Origin: Eledone cirrhosa
Taxonomy: Eukaryota
Direction: 5' to 3'
DNA length: 64,000 bases
Assembly: GCA_964016885.1 (NCBI GenBank)
Contig: OZ024745.1
Coordinates: forward strand, 62,186,001-62,250,000
A program made the position numbers and the translations under genes. Shown here one piece after another: positions 28,132-43,246 of the stretch (position 1 is the stretch's first letter; each line of letters begins with the position of its first letter). The notes under the pieces are model-generated. The model did not search any database and had not been told where the DNA came from. It saw nothing but the letters and a program-made list of their open reading frames with translations.

Positions 28132-29157
28132 AAGTGAGAGAGAGCGAGAGATAGGGTGAGTAAGAGAAATGGTGAAATAGTTTATTTATCTTTCTATACT
28201 AGTTTTTGGCATGTTTTGAACCTTCATTTTAGTGCGGAATTAGATGCAGATTTGTTTCAATTATTCATGTTATTTGAAAGAAGTAATTTATTTGTGTTTC
28301 GTCAGAAAAATACATTAATGTCTTTTCAGATAAATTATAGACGATGAAAGATCCAAAATAATTTACATTTTCGGTTTATAATTTCTTACATTCTTTATTT
28401 TATTTATAATTTTGAAGATCCTTGCATTCATTTACACGATATAAGTGACTATAGTTTTCAAAGCGTTCGTTGTTATTCACGTTTAGTCTATATGAGAAAA
28501 TTCTTATATAATTATTTAATTGTAAGCTATACAGAATGATTGATGGAATGCAACTTATATAACAGAAACTCTTCTCCACTAAGTATTATTCTGCGATAAA
28601 CGCGTAATAAATAAACAAGGCTTCAATAGATATATTCTAAAGATGTATTGCAGATAAAAAGTGATGATATTATACTAACATGTCCATAAATATTTCAACA
28701 ATGTTATTCGCTTTAATGAAAGTCAATCTCTTCTGTTCAACACACAACCCTCGCTGAAGCATACTGAGCTCTTATATTTACAAATATTTCTTTCGTATAA
28801 CTATCTTACCTGCACTCGTACTGTTTGCAAGAGGCATTCTCGGTAGAAATTAGATCGGGGACTAATTGCACGTTACCTGATGCGCGTTCATATCACTGAT
28901 AGAACTCATACATTTTAGCTCACAATAAATCAAACTCAATGCTGTTCTACTTCAAGAGCATACATATCTTATGCGTGATAGAAATTCATAGCAACATAGC
29001 GTATATGGAATGTCATTAATGGGAGCTCGTATATGAAACGATATAATAAGTATAATACGACAGGTACATGCGGACAAAAGAATATCTATATATCTATCTA
29101 TTCATCTATTTCCCCCGCTCACACTCTTCACACTAATCTATCTATTTTCCCATCTGC

Positions 29158-29240
<83 letters not shown>

Positions 29241-30389
29241 CATATATATATATAAGTGTATCTGTATGTATATATATATATTTATATATAAGTCAGTACC
29301 TGAAGTGTGCTATGCATTAATAACGAATATAAGCCTTGCTATATATGCTTTAAGCTGCGATAATGCCATAACCGTTTCAATAGCTGTTTGAGAATGCCGG
29401 ACACTAGTGGTTGAAGGTTTTTATATACCATCCATGGCGTTTGTTCATTCACTAGTTAACGAGGAGTAATATATATCTATTATACTTTTTCATGGACGTT
29501 CGGTTGAAAAGTGTGCTTGCTTTACTTGACTGAGATTAATTTGTAGTAGCAATAACATATCACATATGTCTTCCTATTAAACCCTATTGTATATCACGTC
29601 ATTTCTGTAAAACTATGTATGTCTGTTTGCCTTTATGCATGTCTTTATATAAATCTCTTTGCTCATCTGTTTGCATGTTTGTCCGTCCTTCTATGTATTC
29701 CCTATATATTTATTTGGAAAGTCACAATTACAATTTAGGATCCCTCCAGATTTGTTTCCTCGTAATATCCTTAATAATGCATATTTTTAATGGAATTCCG
29801 AAAGAAAACGTTTTTAAAGCTTTAGGTAACAATTATATTGATTAAATCTAAAAAGTAAATTGATATTCCCTACATTTCTTGGTTACAAAATTGACATAGC
29901 ATTCCCATAGAAAATAAATTTACATTATCCTGCTTGATTATATTCATTATATACATGAATTCAGAAGGGTTGAATTTATGTTTCCTCTTCCTACAAATAG
30001 AATTGAAAAAGTAAATCAACGAAAAGAAGTATAAAACACTAACTAATGTATTATGTTCGTATCTTCAATTCCAAGTCTTCTTAATAAAGTAGTGTTAAGT
30101 GGAATAGACGAAAAAAAAAATGTTAAGAATTGTTATAAAAATATTCCTTCGAAAATGTAGTATTTTAGAAACGTTACAAGAAAACAAAATCGAAGTTGGG
30201 TTATCAAGGAATTACAAATATGTCCATTGCAATATTACGTAAAACATCCATCTATCTACATTTTTCTACGTACGACTGTTCAGCTGGCTGTCTTCCCATG
30301 GTCATCTTCTATCTATCCGTCTCTCATGCTATCTATATAATTTTATTTTAGCTGTCAATCCCTCTTTCTTTTTATGTAGTTATATGCAT

Positions 30390-30514
<125 letters not shown>

Positions 30515-30515
30515 C

Positions 30516-30546
<31 letters not shown>

Positions 30547-31883
30547 CTTACTTCCTTTCCGTCTAACTTTATTTCTATCCTCCAATGTATCTATCGCATT
30601 TTTGTATCCACCTATTTATTATCTATCTACAGATTCATAGCTATTTTCTGTCTTTCTTTTTTGTAGTTACCCTTTCATCCGTTCTCCTTTCAAGTAGCTT
30701 TCCTTAAAATACCTCCTTCAATCACGAATGATCATGGGATGCGTATCTGGAAAGTTCCCCACTCCAGCACAATACCGACCGAGTTGAATTTTTTAAACGA
30801 CCAGCAGTCATCTATGCATACAGGTCTGCCTTATCTCCTTCGCCGATGTTGTGCAAAAGAATGTCAAACGCACATAGAGCTTGGCAACGGTGACGTCGCA
30901 ACTCATTTTCCTCCAGCTGAATGAACTGGAGTGACGTGAAATAAAATATATAATGCCGGGGACTACAGTTCCTTGAGAAAAGGGCATTTAAGAAGCTAAC
31001 GAGATCAACTAATGAAGTACCAGTAATTGGTGGAAAAGTGCCGCGCCAGAGTTGAAAAAATGCCGTAAACCTTTAATATATGATGTAGATGCATTGCAAG
31101 CTGCATTGCAAGCTGCTAACTCATGAAGGGCCTCAGCAAATTGCGCCTACCGGCGTAGAGAATACTCTTTTATTTCACGAGTGCAGCCACAAAGGAACCT
31201 ATAAGGAGGCTTTAAATACAAATGACTGATCTGTAGCTAATTGCTGTTAAGTCGCTCAATCTCCTTGGCAATGCTGCGTACTGTTTGAAATGCTGTTGGA
31301 AACACAAAACAGCTAATGGTCAAAGGTCATATTACAGGTTATGCATTCCAGCATCTCTACGAGTGTGTATCTTTCAAATTGAAACCAATGGGAGGAACTG
31401 ATATATTCAAATTCCGATATAACAGAAATTGAACAATTGTACTGCTGTTTCTTTCAATAAGCCTTTTAGCAGTGCTACATCTGTCCTCCAGAGAAAATCC
31501 ATATTATTCCCCATCCGATTACACCTTTGAATATAGTTATAAGTGACCTATATACGCATAAATCTAAATTCGTTCTTATGCAAACCCTGAATGACAGTTA
31601 GCATCAATAAACACCTGATTATATTGAGTCGTACAGCAAACGGTACTTTCTACGCAAAGAACTGTGTACAATCGATTGAAGGTCCGAATGAACAATCATG
31701 TGGTCCAAAAGGATGATTGAACGAAGCTGTGATCCAAGTGGGTAATTCATGTTATCTATCTATATAAATAAAGATTTTATACACTTCAAACACAAGATTA
31801 CGCTTTTATGTTTTTGCAGCACAAAATAAACAATGAATACATGTCTACCCACACCATTCACAGAGATACATATCTCTATCTCC

Positions 31884-32066
<183 letters not shown>

Positions 32067-32999
32067 TGCGTGTGTTTGTGTGCGCTTGTGTGCGTGTATG
32101 TGTGCCCGTGTGCTTGTGGAAGACAATTATATGTGTATGTGTGGTTATTGTATTTATGTTATAAATATCAATCACATTTTCAGAGAATGCTTTTATAGGA
32201 ATAATCACTCTCTTGTGTGATAATCTAACATATAGCTTATACGTTTAGACATGTCATCATTGTTATTCCAGAAGAGATCTTGTGGTTGGTATGGAAATAG
32301 TCCTTTGAGAACACTTACAATTTCTTGGAATACCGATTCCGTCACACTACGGAAATTCTATATCATGAGGATTTTGGAAAATATAGCGAATCATTTGGAA
32401 TATTATTCTCTGAAGATTAATTTTTATTGAACAAAGTAGTGTTAATAATATGCTGTTGTCCATAAAGGCCTGCATAATACAAGCAGTAACAGTTTGTAAT
32501 AATTAAAGTGACAATAGTAATAGTAATTCTTACATTGTCACAATGATAGAAATTTGTACTAAAAGCTGTCTTCTCTTAAAGTAACCTTTGTACATGTGTG
32601 AATTATATTTTGGCGACTCTGCAGGGACAAATATTTAAGTCACCATCGATAGCATTTAAACTAAGATACATGCAGTATCGATATAAATTGAAGAATGTTT
32701 AGTGCGCCGCTTTACAGTATTAAAAAGGTTACTGTCAGTAATAACCGTTACGTTAAAAATTATTGCGAATATTGACACAAATATTCACATTTTCCAATAG
32801 GATGTAGGATGTATTTGGAAAATCAAGACATCATTTAGATTCAGAAACTAAATGTACATATTTACAGATTCAAAGCCGCCTTTGAACGAAACCATAATGG
32901 TTTAAATTAAATGAAATAAAATCTGGATATTTTTATTCTTTACTCAACGTAACACAGTAGCAGCAGCATTATGGCACCTGATAGTATGTTCTAAAGTGT

Positions 33000-34120
33000 C
33001 CATTTAGCATAGAATTTCAACGTCTTGGGTGGATAGCCAATACAAGCACCCAAAATGGGGATCCTACGAAGTGTCTTTCGTGTAACGTTACTCGTTTGCG
33101 TAGCTAGGAGATCAGAGAGTCACTCCAGCCACTACTTCTCCGGATTGACAGATCACAGCTTCGATACTATGAGCATATAGTTAGAATGACCCCGAGATTG
33201 GGGATCCAATCTGATCTGCTGGAGATGGTTGCTTCTGATAGGACCCTGCTGGAAGGAGTCTTTGAGGACTCTTCCACCAGGACACTCTCAGAAGAAGAAG
33301 CATACACGGTTTTTACCTGGAAATACAATATTCGATTGGTCACTAATTCTTTTAACGGTGGCTTTCGCAAACATGCATGGTATTGTTTCGAACACAATGA
33401 ATTCATTATGTGAAAGGGAGATGCGGTGATTTATTTCACTAATTATAATGCTTCCAAGGAAAGGCAATGCCCAGCTGTCAGATATTGCATCATTAATAGG
33501 ATCAGCCCCGCAGGGATGGTAACGTTCAGATCCATTTTAAATAGATTGAGATCCATCCCAAACTGAATGCATTATGGTGGAGGAAAAAGTAGACTTTCGT
33601 AAACGTCGGAGAATTACTGATCAGATCCCTAGACTCCACTAACTTGGCTAGAATTAGCTTCAACCCCCCAAACAAAAAAAATTATACCATGCCATCATAA
33701 ACGTCGAAAAAGCATTCGGAAGAGAGCAGAATAATGTTCAATTGTTCGCTGTTACGGGATTTAACAATAGCCAACAATTTACTCAAATCAAGCAAACACT
33801 TAATGCAAAAATGTTTCGTACAACTACATATATAGAACATGCCACAAATGAGAATATACGGTATGGTTTTGGCTCCCATAATGAAATTCTAATAATAGTC
33901 AAGAAAAAAAGTTGAAATGGTATAGTTATCGGAAATGATCTAATTATCTTGCAAAGACAATACCAGAACGAAGAGAAAGAGAGGCAGTCGAAGTAAACGA
34001 AAATGGACAGTCAACTCCTGAACGGAGACAATATATGGCATGCAAATACAACAGATGGAGAAGACATGTACACAGCATCTCATCACCGCGTCCCCATAAC
34101 ACCTTCAGTAAGCAAGGAAA
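33000..34120 (+). pseudogene. Highly degraded RTE LINE remnants
   Basis: LGIQSDLLEMVASDRT (C-terminal-like), ILNRL..EEKVDFRKRRRITDQI (RT entry), KLKWY..LAKTI..KW near the 3' end. Confidence 0.55.
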
Positions 34121-34151
34121 TAAATATACATACATACATACATATATATAT

Positions 34152-34200
<49 letters not shown>

Positions 34201-34240
34201 TATATATATACATATATATACACATATATATATATATGCT

Positions 34241-34272
<32 letters not shown>

Positions 34273-34316
34273 GATATAGATATATACACAAACATATATA
34301 TATATAGATACATATA

Positions 34317-34359
<43 letters not shown>

Positions 34360-35159
34360 ATACATATGTATATATATATATGTGTGTGTGTGTGTATGCA
34401 TGTATGTATGTATATTCACGTGCACATATAAGTATGTATAAACGGTTTCTAAAATATAAAAAGAAATTCCTATCAAACGCAGGAAAATATTTATGAAACG
34501 TTTAAAATATTGTATTTAGCCATTGTATCTTAAGTTTCTTATACAATAGAAAAAGTGAATAGAGTCCTTCTGGACAACATATTTTAAAACATTTGTAGCC
34601 TAGGCGTTTCCCGTGTGTGTCATCATAAACGGTTAATTGCTCTAACCCTGGACTTCTGTATAGTTTAGCTGATGGAAATTATAGACAGTTAAAACTATTT
34701 ACGTTGTATTTGAAATCCAACTGCTATTATAAATCTTTATAAACTCCGTCCGTATTGGATAAACGGAAATGTCTCTAGTCATTTAATTTCGGACAACGCA
34801 TATTCCCTATTCATGACATGCTGTGTATCTTTACTTAAGCAAAATCTGGATATGACAACATCATTCAAAACTGTTCGTTTGTAAAGTATTTCTGCAATTA
34901 GCTTTGATGTATATATTTTTTCCTCTTCTATATTAACAGAATTTCTTTATTTCTATTTCTGTATTAAGGCGGAGTGTTATATTGTTTCTACTGTTGGGAG
35001 ATCGGTCATATACATTTCCTGCAACATTTATATTTGTGACAGTTTTTTTCTATTCTTTAATTTCTTTCTTTTAGACTTGACGATATTCCTGGTGAGATTC
35101 TGTTCAGTAATGGCTTGTTGATAGTGACATATATATCTAGCGACTATTGCATTATATAC

Positions 35160-35228
35160 ATGTATGTATGTATGTATGTATGTATGTATGTATGTATGTA
35201 TGTATGTATGTATGTATGTATGTATGTA
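35160..35228. repeat. (ATGT)n tetranucleotide microsatellite
   Basis: Direct reading. Confidence 0.95.
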
Positions 35229-35668
35229 GGCAGAATTCTAGGAGAAGGAAAACTCTGATATAAGACCTGAAACCCTGATGGTATCCAATGATGTTGACTT
35301 GTTCTTCTTTTTGGTAAATATCATCTTAGTTAAGAGAGTCGGACTGGCTTTGTGCAGTACCTTTGCTCACTATAAAAGCTTCACGGCACAGGCATTGCTT
35401 TATATCTGGAGATCTCTCTGCACTTGTCGTCACATGGTACCATGGGCCTGGCACTATGTGTCAATAATTGTCACAAGTGCAGTGTTTGTACCAGAGTTTT
35501 CAAGTCGCTGGGTGGACTAAAAAGTCACACACGTTCAGCGCATCAGTAGGGGTTCTCCTACATGGATATGAAGTAGTGGCCGTACTCGAAAACGAGTTGG
35601 CAGCCACCATGTATGTATACACTCAGACACACACACAGACGCACACACACACACACACATACACACAC

Positions 35669-35699
<31 letters not shown>

Positions 35700-37235
35700 A
35701 GTGTGTGTGTGTGTGTTACAAATGATGACCGATAAAACTAGGAAAACGAAGCGTTTTGCTCTGTTGTGTGTTTGACTGACCGTTGTGGGAAAAGTACATA
35801 CGTAAACCAGTCACAACATCTACTCTGCTCCACGTAGTTCCTCTCTATTACTGAGATGCGGCTTATGCATGTTTATAATGAGGGATTTCTTACTGAGGCA
35901 TTTCTGCAAGTGACGTTTGAGAGAGGACACACATGAACCCAGTCCATCTCCAGTTCCTTGATCCGTATGTACAGCATCCGGATAATGCTTCCAATATATG
36001 AGCTATCACAATATCTACAAGTAACACGGTAAACCATGTACGTACTCATGAGCAGTTCACATTAGTGGATGAGGAAGTTAGGAAGCGTACGTATGTTGTT
36101 GCTGTAAGCGCTTTCATATTTTATGAGTAGTCGTCTCTAAGAATGTCCCGAGTTCACCTGTTTTACGTTCAATTCCTCCCGAGGGAAAGTTTATCGGATA
36201 GCAGCGGGGCTTCTCCCATTACTATGCGGTAGCTTTAGATACTATATGATATCCCTAGTAGTGAGGTTTCCCTTTTCTCATTGATGATGCATTGGTATCT
36301 TGATGTTTGTCTAGAAAAGCTGGGGAGCCGTTTTCGGTGAGCATGCTTTGAACCACTTCGTGCTGGTGTGTTAATAACTACTCTCGCTGCATCTGTTTCG
36401 TATCCGTGAGATCTAGTTCGGTATGTAGGCCATTTTGGCTTATATACTTGGTGCATATGGACTGCTCCTCAATGTTTCGTAGTGTGAAGTCTAATAAACC
36501 GAGTAATCCAGTGATAACCGGCTGTTCAATTTCAAATTTATATGGCCATCCAAATTGTTCAAGATATCGTATATTTTGACGTCTTCCCCACGTGTCGAAG
36601 TGACAAAAGGTGTATCGAGCACATACAAAAAAGAAAAGAAAAGCAGGGACAAAAGTGCACACAGTATGAGCGCTCTATGCTCCACTTGTCCATTTATGTG
36701 ATGGCGAGCAGGCCTATGGAGCTAGACCCCAAGATCTGCTTATAGGTTAAGGGTATATGAACTTGCAAACCAAGAGACCGTAGGAGAATGAAAATTCATT
36801 TTCATCTCATAAAATAGATTGATGTAAGCTTGAATGGTGTGTTATCAACTCAGGGTTGACTCAGGGTTCATTAATCAATGATAAGGTAGGCATACTGCAA
36901 ATCTAACCGCCCTATATTATCATTTCGAAGAACAAAAATGATTTCTATCTCATTTGTTAATGATTCTGAAAATATGATGTAATATAATCTTGGGAATTAT
37001 ATATTAAGAATTTTCAGTGTATCGGAATTACGCCCTTTGTAGTAAAATACCTCCCTTTCATAACTTTCTGTCAAATATGAATGACGTCTTACCGCTCTTC
37101 ACTATCGACATTCATGATCACAAGTATCGTTAAAGAACAGATTGAAGTGGGAATTTTTATCTCTATTGTAACTTACATTACAAAATCAAAACTGTTATAT
37201 AACAACATTTATTTTTATAAATTCGGTGACTATAT

Positions 37236-37427
37236 AATTGTTTCTACTTTTGGCACAAGGCCAGCAATTACCCCAGTGCATTACTGGGACTTTATTTTAT
37301 CGACCCTGTAAGGATGAAAGGCAAAGATAACCTCGGCGGGATTTGAACTCAGATCGTAAAGGGCCGTAACTCTATGCTGCAAAGCATGGCCTCCGATCCT
37401 CTACCGATACTGCCAATCTGGCCGGTG
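37236..37427 (-). mobile_element. tRNA-derived SINE copy
   Basis: Reverse complement of the 8072 and 20388 copies. Confidence 0.85.
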
Positions 37428-38900
37428 AATATATAATATTATCTTAACAGCTTGATTATATCAAATGAAATATCATACATAATAATTGGTGTTTTTATGT
37501 GTGTTTTTTATATAGCTTGAGTGTTCAATAAGAGGCTTTCATTCTTCCAATATTTGGTAAATTCGTTAGGTTCGACGACATTATGGGTGAATATATTGTA
37601 ACGATTCTATGAAATGAAGCTGATAGAATTTGACGATATAACTTAGTACATACTAAATAGGAAGCACTTTCCAATTTAGTATGTACTAAGCTGCATCTAA
37701 TAAAACAACGAATCTCTAGATTTAAGTGATAAATATGCGAAGGGAAAGACATAATGTTGCACAAAATATGTTAAGTAAGATATGTTTTATATCTCTTGAA
37801 TTCGTGTTACATTCAGACATTCGTTATGAAGATTAATACTAATTTATGCCGTCTATGATGCTGAAAAATTCAGTATTTAGAATAAGATTTACTGCATCAC
37901 ACAACAATATTGCATGCGTGAGAGTGTAAATCATGAACGGATTTATCAGCTAAACATAAAACCAATATTCATTATGATTTGAAAAGTCTAGTGAACGACT
38001 ACAGTCAAGCATATTTGATAATTTTCAATATCCTTAAATTCTAATATATGGTTATTTCTTATTCAACGTATCCACTAATATGTTTAAATCTAGACTAGGT
38101 CTGTGTATGAATGTTTATGATGTGTATATATTTTTGAAGCCAGAATAGTTTAAGTTTTACATAAAATATTCAGTTACACAAATCTATGTAAACATAGACA
38201 TACTATCGACATAATTCTACGAAGAAATTTTGAGTAACAAGTCTTATCTAGATATATTGCGCGCTAGACCAACTAATATTAGGTACTGATAGTTATAATA
38301 CGGTACATTTCAGAATAAAGACCAATTTATACACATCTACAATGTGTGTCCGTAGGAGAAACCTATGTTTAGTGTCGTTGTTAGTTTTTCAATATTAATT
38401 GTTATTAGCTGGCCAAAATTGCGCTACGTTCAAATATGTCTTTACCAATTATACTTTACGTACAAATCTAAAATATATAGCATCTGGTCGAACGTAAGCC
38501 GGTGTTAATGGACTGTACCAAGAATGATGAATTGAAACGGTTTCTTTTTTTAATATAATAGAATATAATTATTTATCATTACGTAATTTTGTACGATCTT
38601 TATTCGTGTTCTTGTCAGCCGATTTTTTTATATTGACACTTATATATAATAGGACACTTATATATAATAGGACACTTATATAGTATTGCTAAATAAATCA
38701 CTCTTGATAATACTAATATTTGATGATATAAACTTCTACAAAAGCTACTGAAAACAATATTTAAACATCTACACGAACAAATGTAAATATTGCACCTGTC
38801 TCTCAATGAATAACCCAAAATAGTATTGAAATACATGTCGGAAATCTGCTAAGGAAGACAAGACCTCTAGATATTAGGAAACCGCAATCTTATAAAGCAG

Positions 38901-38988
<88 letters not shown>

Positions 38989-39000
38989 CTGCTTTATAAG

Positions 39001-39540
39001 AATCTTGGAGCTTATTTTACGGGTGATATGGCGCATACCTTTCTGGCATGACACCCATAATTTTGACTTAGATTAAATTCATTTTGATTTATCTTAAATT
39101 TGGATATAGATATATAAATACAGCTCCTTAATTGTAGAGCTAACTTTGTTGAAAGGACTTGACTACTGTTTCTAGTTGTCGATAACCCTATTCACGCCAG
39201 TGGGACGAAGCTGGTATGATGTGTGTATTTTTAGTAGATACAACACGTGTTACTGGCCAGTCGCTGATTTGAACTTAATGCGTAAACACAGATCGCTGGA
39301 CTTCTTCCTTGTTGAAAATACAAGTATCGGCCTCCGTGGTTTACCATTCGATTAATTGGTGAAATATATTTCTTTAATGGAATATATACAGGGAAGATTA
39401 ATCATATTATAAGGTATCTATTTTTGAGTTAACTTTATTTAGCTACCTACCTAGCTATGTGTGGTTACACACTTGTAAAAATTATCCCCTGTGATTGTTT
39501 CATATATTTATTTATATGTTAATCAATTTCTAGTTGTTAT
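39001..39540 (+). mobile_element. HHR-less ~500-bp repeat family C, copy 1
   Basis: Co-linear with 57772-58150 and 62945-63455 (for example cctattcacgcca, ggtgaaatatattt, ttattccctgtgattgttt, tttctagttg). (TA)n on both sides. Confidence 0.8.
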
Positions 39541-39624
39541 ATATATATATATATATACATATATAGGAAAATGTTTAACACCGACGGCAGAGCTCAAGCC
39601 GTTTCGACGGCTATTTCAGTCCAG

Positions 39625-39667
<43 letters not shown>

Positions 39668-39670
39668 TAT

Positions 39671-40135
39671 ATTTATTGGGTGTTCCTTCCAAGACACGTT
39701 TAAAGCAGCGCGGAGCATACGTGTGTATGCCCCGTCTAACCTTTTCTCCAGTTTCGACGTTAGCGTCCAAGTGATACAGCCATAAACAAGCACAGACTCC
39801 ACAGCAGCTCTGAATAAATTCCTTTTCAGTTTGGCCGGCAGGTTTGATTTCCATATTTTTTTTTAGAATCTCTATGGCAATATACCACCTATCATTAGGT
39901 CAATACGTGGACAGAGACTCAGATTTGCTGCAAGGAAGAACTAGCAGGTGATGTGTTGTTATGGAGTCCATCTCATGGAGCAAGAAACGCTGGTCGTCGC
40001 AAGAAGACATACGTCAAGCAACTTGAGGACGATACTGGATACACTGCGGAAGAACTGGCATACGCTATGAGAGACAGAGATGGATGGAGGAAACGTGTCG
40101 TAGAAAGCCGAGCAAGCTCGACCTGATGATGATGA

Positions 40136-40139
<4 letters not shown>
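39671..40139 (+). mobile_element. 5'-truncated, 5'-inverted RTE LINE with (GAT)n tail
   Basis: Minus 39860-39671 reads KIWKSNLPAKLKRNLFRAAVESVLVYGCITWTLT..LRAALNVSWKEHPIN. Plus from ~39865 reads NLYGNIPP..QRLRFA..LLWSP..GRRKKTYVKQL..AMRDRDGWRKRV. (gat)5 at 40125-40139. Confidence 0.9.
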
Positions 40140-40176
<37 letters not shown>

Positions 40177-40404
40177 TATATATATGCAGACATACATATA
40201 GACATATGTATATACTTGCATACATGCACACATAAAAAATCACACACACACGCACACACACGCATATATATTGTTTTGCAAGATTCTTGGTGTTAAATCT
40301 CGTGTTATAGTTTGGTATGGCATTATAAATACGGCACCAATTGTATTTTATTTTACTTCTTTTTATTATTAAACACGTAAAAGCAGTGAGTTAATGATAT
40401 CGCG

Positions 40405-40585
40405 AGGGCTTCGGTGAGAAAGCTTTGCAGTATTTAATTGTGACTTTCTACGTTCCGAGCATAAATCCCACTGAGGTTAGCTTTGCTTTTCATCCTTGGG
40501 TTACAATAAAATACCAGTTAGGCACTAAGGTTGCTGTAATAAACTTTTCCCTTCCCTGGAAATTGCCGTAGTTCAACATACAAAT
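40405..40585 (+). mobile_element. Diverged SINE copy
   Basis: gaggttagctttgcttttcatcctt..aataaaataccagt. Confidence 0.6.
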
Positions 40586-41380
40586 TCGTTGGAGTTTCCC
40601 ATTGGATATTCATCCTGAAACTGGATTTACACCCGGTCTTTACCTGAACTTCTATCTTTTCGGATCTCTGGATTATTTTCTTTGCCTCTTGCATTAAAAA
40701 AATAACCCACGAAGCATCTTCACTTTTACTCCTCTATCATCTTCTGACTTCCACCTTCTCCCTCTCAATAGTCTATTTTTCTCTTACCCTAGTACCCGCT
40801 CTTGTTTCCTCCTTTTTTACTATACCCTCCATCCGTGTGTTTTCTCCTCTTCTTTCACTACCTCACGTCCTTTTCTCCACCACACCGCTAGTCTCTCCCT
40901 GTCACTTCTAAATTCTCGTCCCACATACAGCTCTCCTTGCGCAATCACAGATCCTTCTTCCGCCAGCTGCACTCCACCATCAAACGCTTCCTTCAATTTC
41001 TCCCCCTATTTGCATCCAATCCTCCCTGCATCTCTCCAACCTCATCTTCACAAAAACACGCTACGGTAGTCACATCACCTTTTTAAATCACTGTCTCTAC
41101 CACCACTTCATTCCCCGAAGTTTCCACCTCAAGTTACACCCACCTCTGGTCGCCAAGATGGTCAACTGGATACGCAAATGTGTTTTTTTCTACCCAATAT
41201 TTTTTCTCATTTTCTTCGTTCTTTCCTCTTATCACTTTTTACTTTCTATCTATCATCTATTTCTAAATCTATCTTCTTATGAAGGACTAGTGTAAGAAAC
41301 TTTAAGCCTCGCTTCCTGCTATTTATATATTTGAAGTGTGCCATTTTGTTATTTTTTAATCTCTATTTACTTTTTGCATG
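40586..41380 (+). mobile_element. Degraded PLE pseudo-LTR remnant
   Basis: Pyrimidine-rich UTR. An unlisted frame at 41026-41139 reads LHLSNLIFTKTRYGSHITFLNHCLYHHFIPRSFHLKLH, resembling the PLE N-terminal H..FL..C....IP.GF.LK motif. Degenerate HHR at ~41272-41307. Confidence 0.6.
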
Positions 41381-41394
41381 CATACATATATATA

Positions 41395-42122
41395 TAAATG
41401 TAATCTGAGTTTTTCGAATATTAATAATAACATTCGATTCGTTTGCAATTATGCAAACAAGCCTTAATTTTTTAGCCATGGCAGTAGAATGAACACTTCA
41501 TTCTTGCTCTTGTGTTGGCATGCGAAGAGAACTACAGACACTAATGTTTGTGGGTATCACCATTCATCAATACAGCTCACTGTTCATCTGCCAAACTGTC
41601 ACAGCTAGTGGAAATATATGCTATTTTCAAAAATACACAGTGACTGATCGGCCTGATTTGCATGTCAGCAGACTGGCTGATCAGTTAGATCTGCATATTA
41701 GCAGATCCACTGATCAGCCAGATTTGCATATCAGCAGACTGGCCAGTCAGTTTCCTGTATACGAGCGATAAATGGCCAGCTTTCCCAAATTAAAATAAAA
41801 AAAGACAATTTCGCTGACATGCAAATCAGGCCGATCAGTCACTGTATTTTTGAAAATAACATATATTTTCACTAGCTCTGACAGTTTGGCAGGTGAACAG
41901 TGAGCTGTACTGATGAAGGGTGATACCCAGGAGCATTAGTGTCTGCAGTTCTGTTCGCATGCCAACACAAGAGCAAGAAAGAAGGGTTCATTCTACTGAC
42001 ATGGCTATAAAATTGAGGCTTGTTTGCATAATTGCAAACGAATAGAATGTTATTATTAATATTCGAAAAACTCAGATTACATTTATTGTATTCAACTATG
42101 TAGAGCGAAATTTTATTTTTTT
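41395..42122. mobile_element. Fold-back element (family E) with two degenerate HHRs and internal 33-bp repeats
   Basis: Arms ~41395-41668 and ~41813-42085, tail to ~42122. HHR remnants at 41529-41578 (-) and 41902-41951 (+) with an 8-bp stem I gagctgta/tgcagttc and GTC site. Confidence 0.8.
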
Positions 42123-42343
42123 ACACACACATATATACATACATATGTGTGTGTCTGTGTTTGTCTGTGTTTATCTGTGTTTGAGTGTGTGTATGTGTGT
42201 GCATATATAAATATGTATATATGTATATATCATTTATATATCAGTTCGTTTAATAATTGTGTATTTTTGTGATTTTATATAAAATAGTAGACTTATATAT
42301 AAAGAGATATATGAATATTTTTGACTATTCATGATATTCTCTT

Positions 42344-42416
<73 letters not shown>

Positions 42417-42595
42417 GTGTATTATATATATTTTTTGCCTGATACAATAAATATTAAAACGAAAACCAAATGTCAGCATGATAACAGCTAAACATCTAGA
42501 GAAAAAATGTAAAATATGTCAAAGTTTAAGAAACCTAGACGCAATAGTCTATATTCTTGGACACAAATGAAATATACATACATATATGTATAACT

Positions 42596-42806
<211 letters not shown>

Positions 42807-42825
42807 ATATATATATATATACATT

Positions 42826-42861
<36 letters not shown>

Positions 42862-43142
42862 TGTGTGTGTGCGTTTATCCCAGTGTGAGGTTTAGGTGGG
42901 CGAGTGTTATGAAATGTTATAATGTTAGAGTATTTTATTCGATACTGGCTCACCCAATATGCCATGTCATTTAAGTTAACATATGTTCATACTGATTTCC
43001 CTTGCCATCTAAAATCACAGATATTCTGACATGTACAGTTTCTCATGACCTCAAATTTCATTGAAAATATAGTTCCTTTAACATTGAGATGCGAATGGGC
43101 ATATGTATCATTCTCTGTATATATCTATATTTATCTATATAT

Positions 43143-43177
<35 letters not shown>

Positions 43178-43212
43178 CACATACACACATGTATATATAT
43201 ATATACACACAT

Positions 43213-43246
<34 letters not shown>

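Noticed and set aside
35800-36760. Minus-strand ORFs as host exons
   Set aside because: More consistent with a very decayed LINE, with no clear splice signals, and too weak to annotate.
41644-41742. 33-bp repeats as CRISPR
   Set aside because: Contiguous degenerate tandem units with no spacers and no cas genes.
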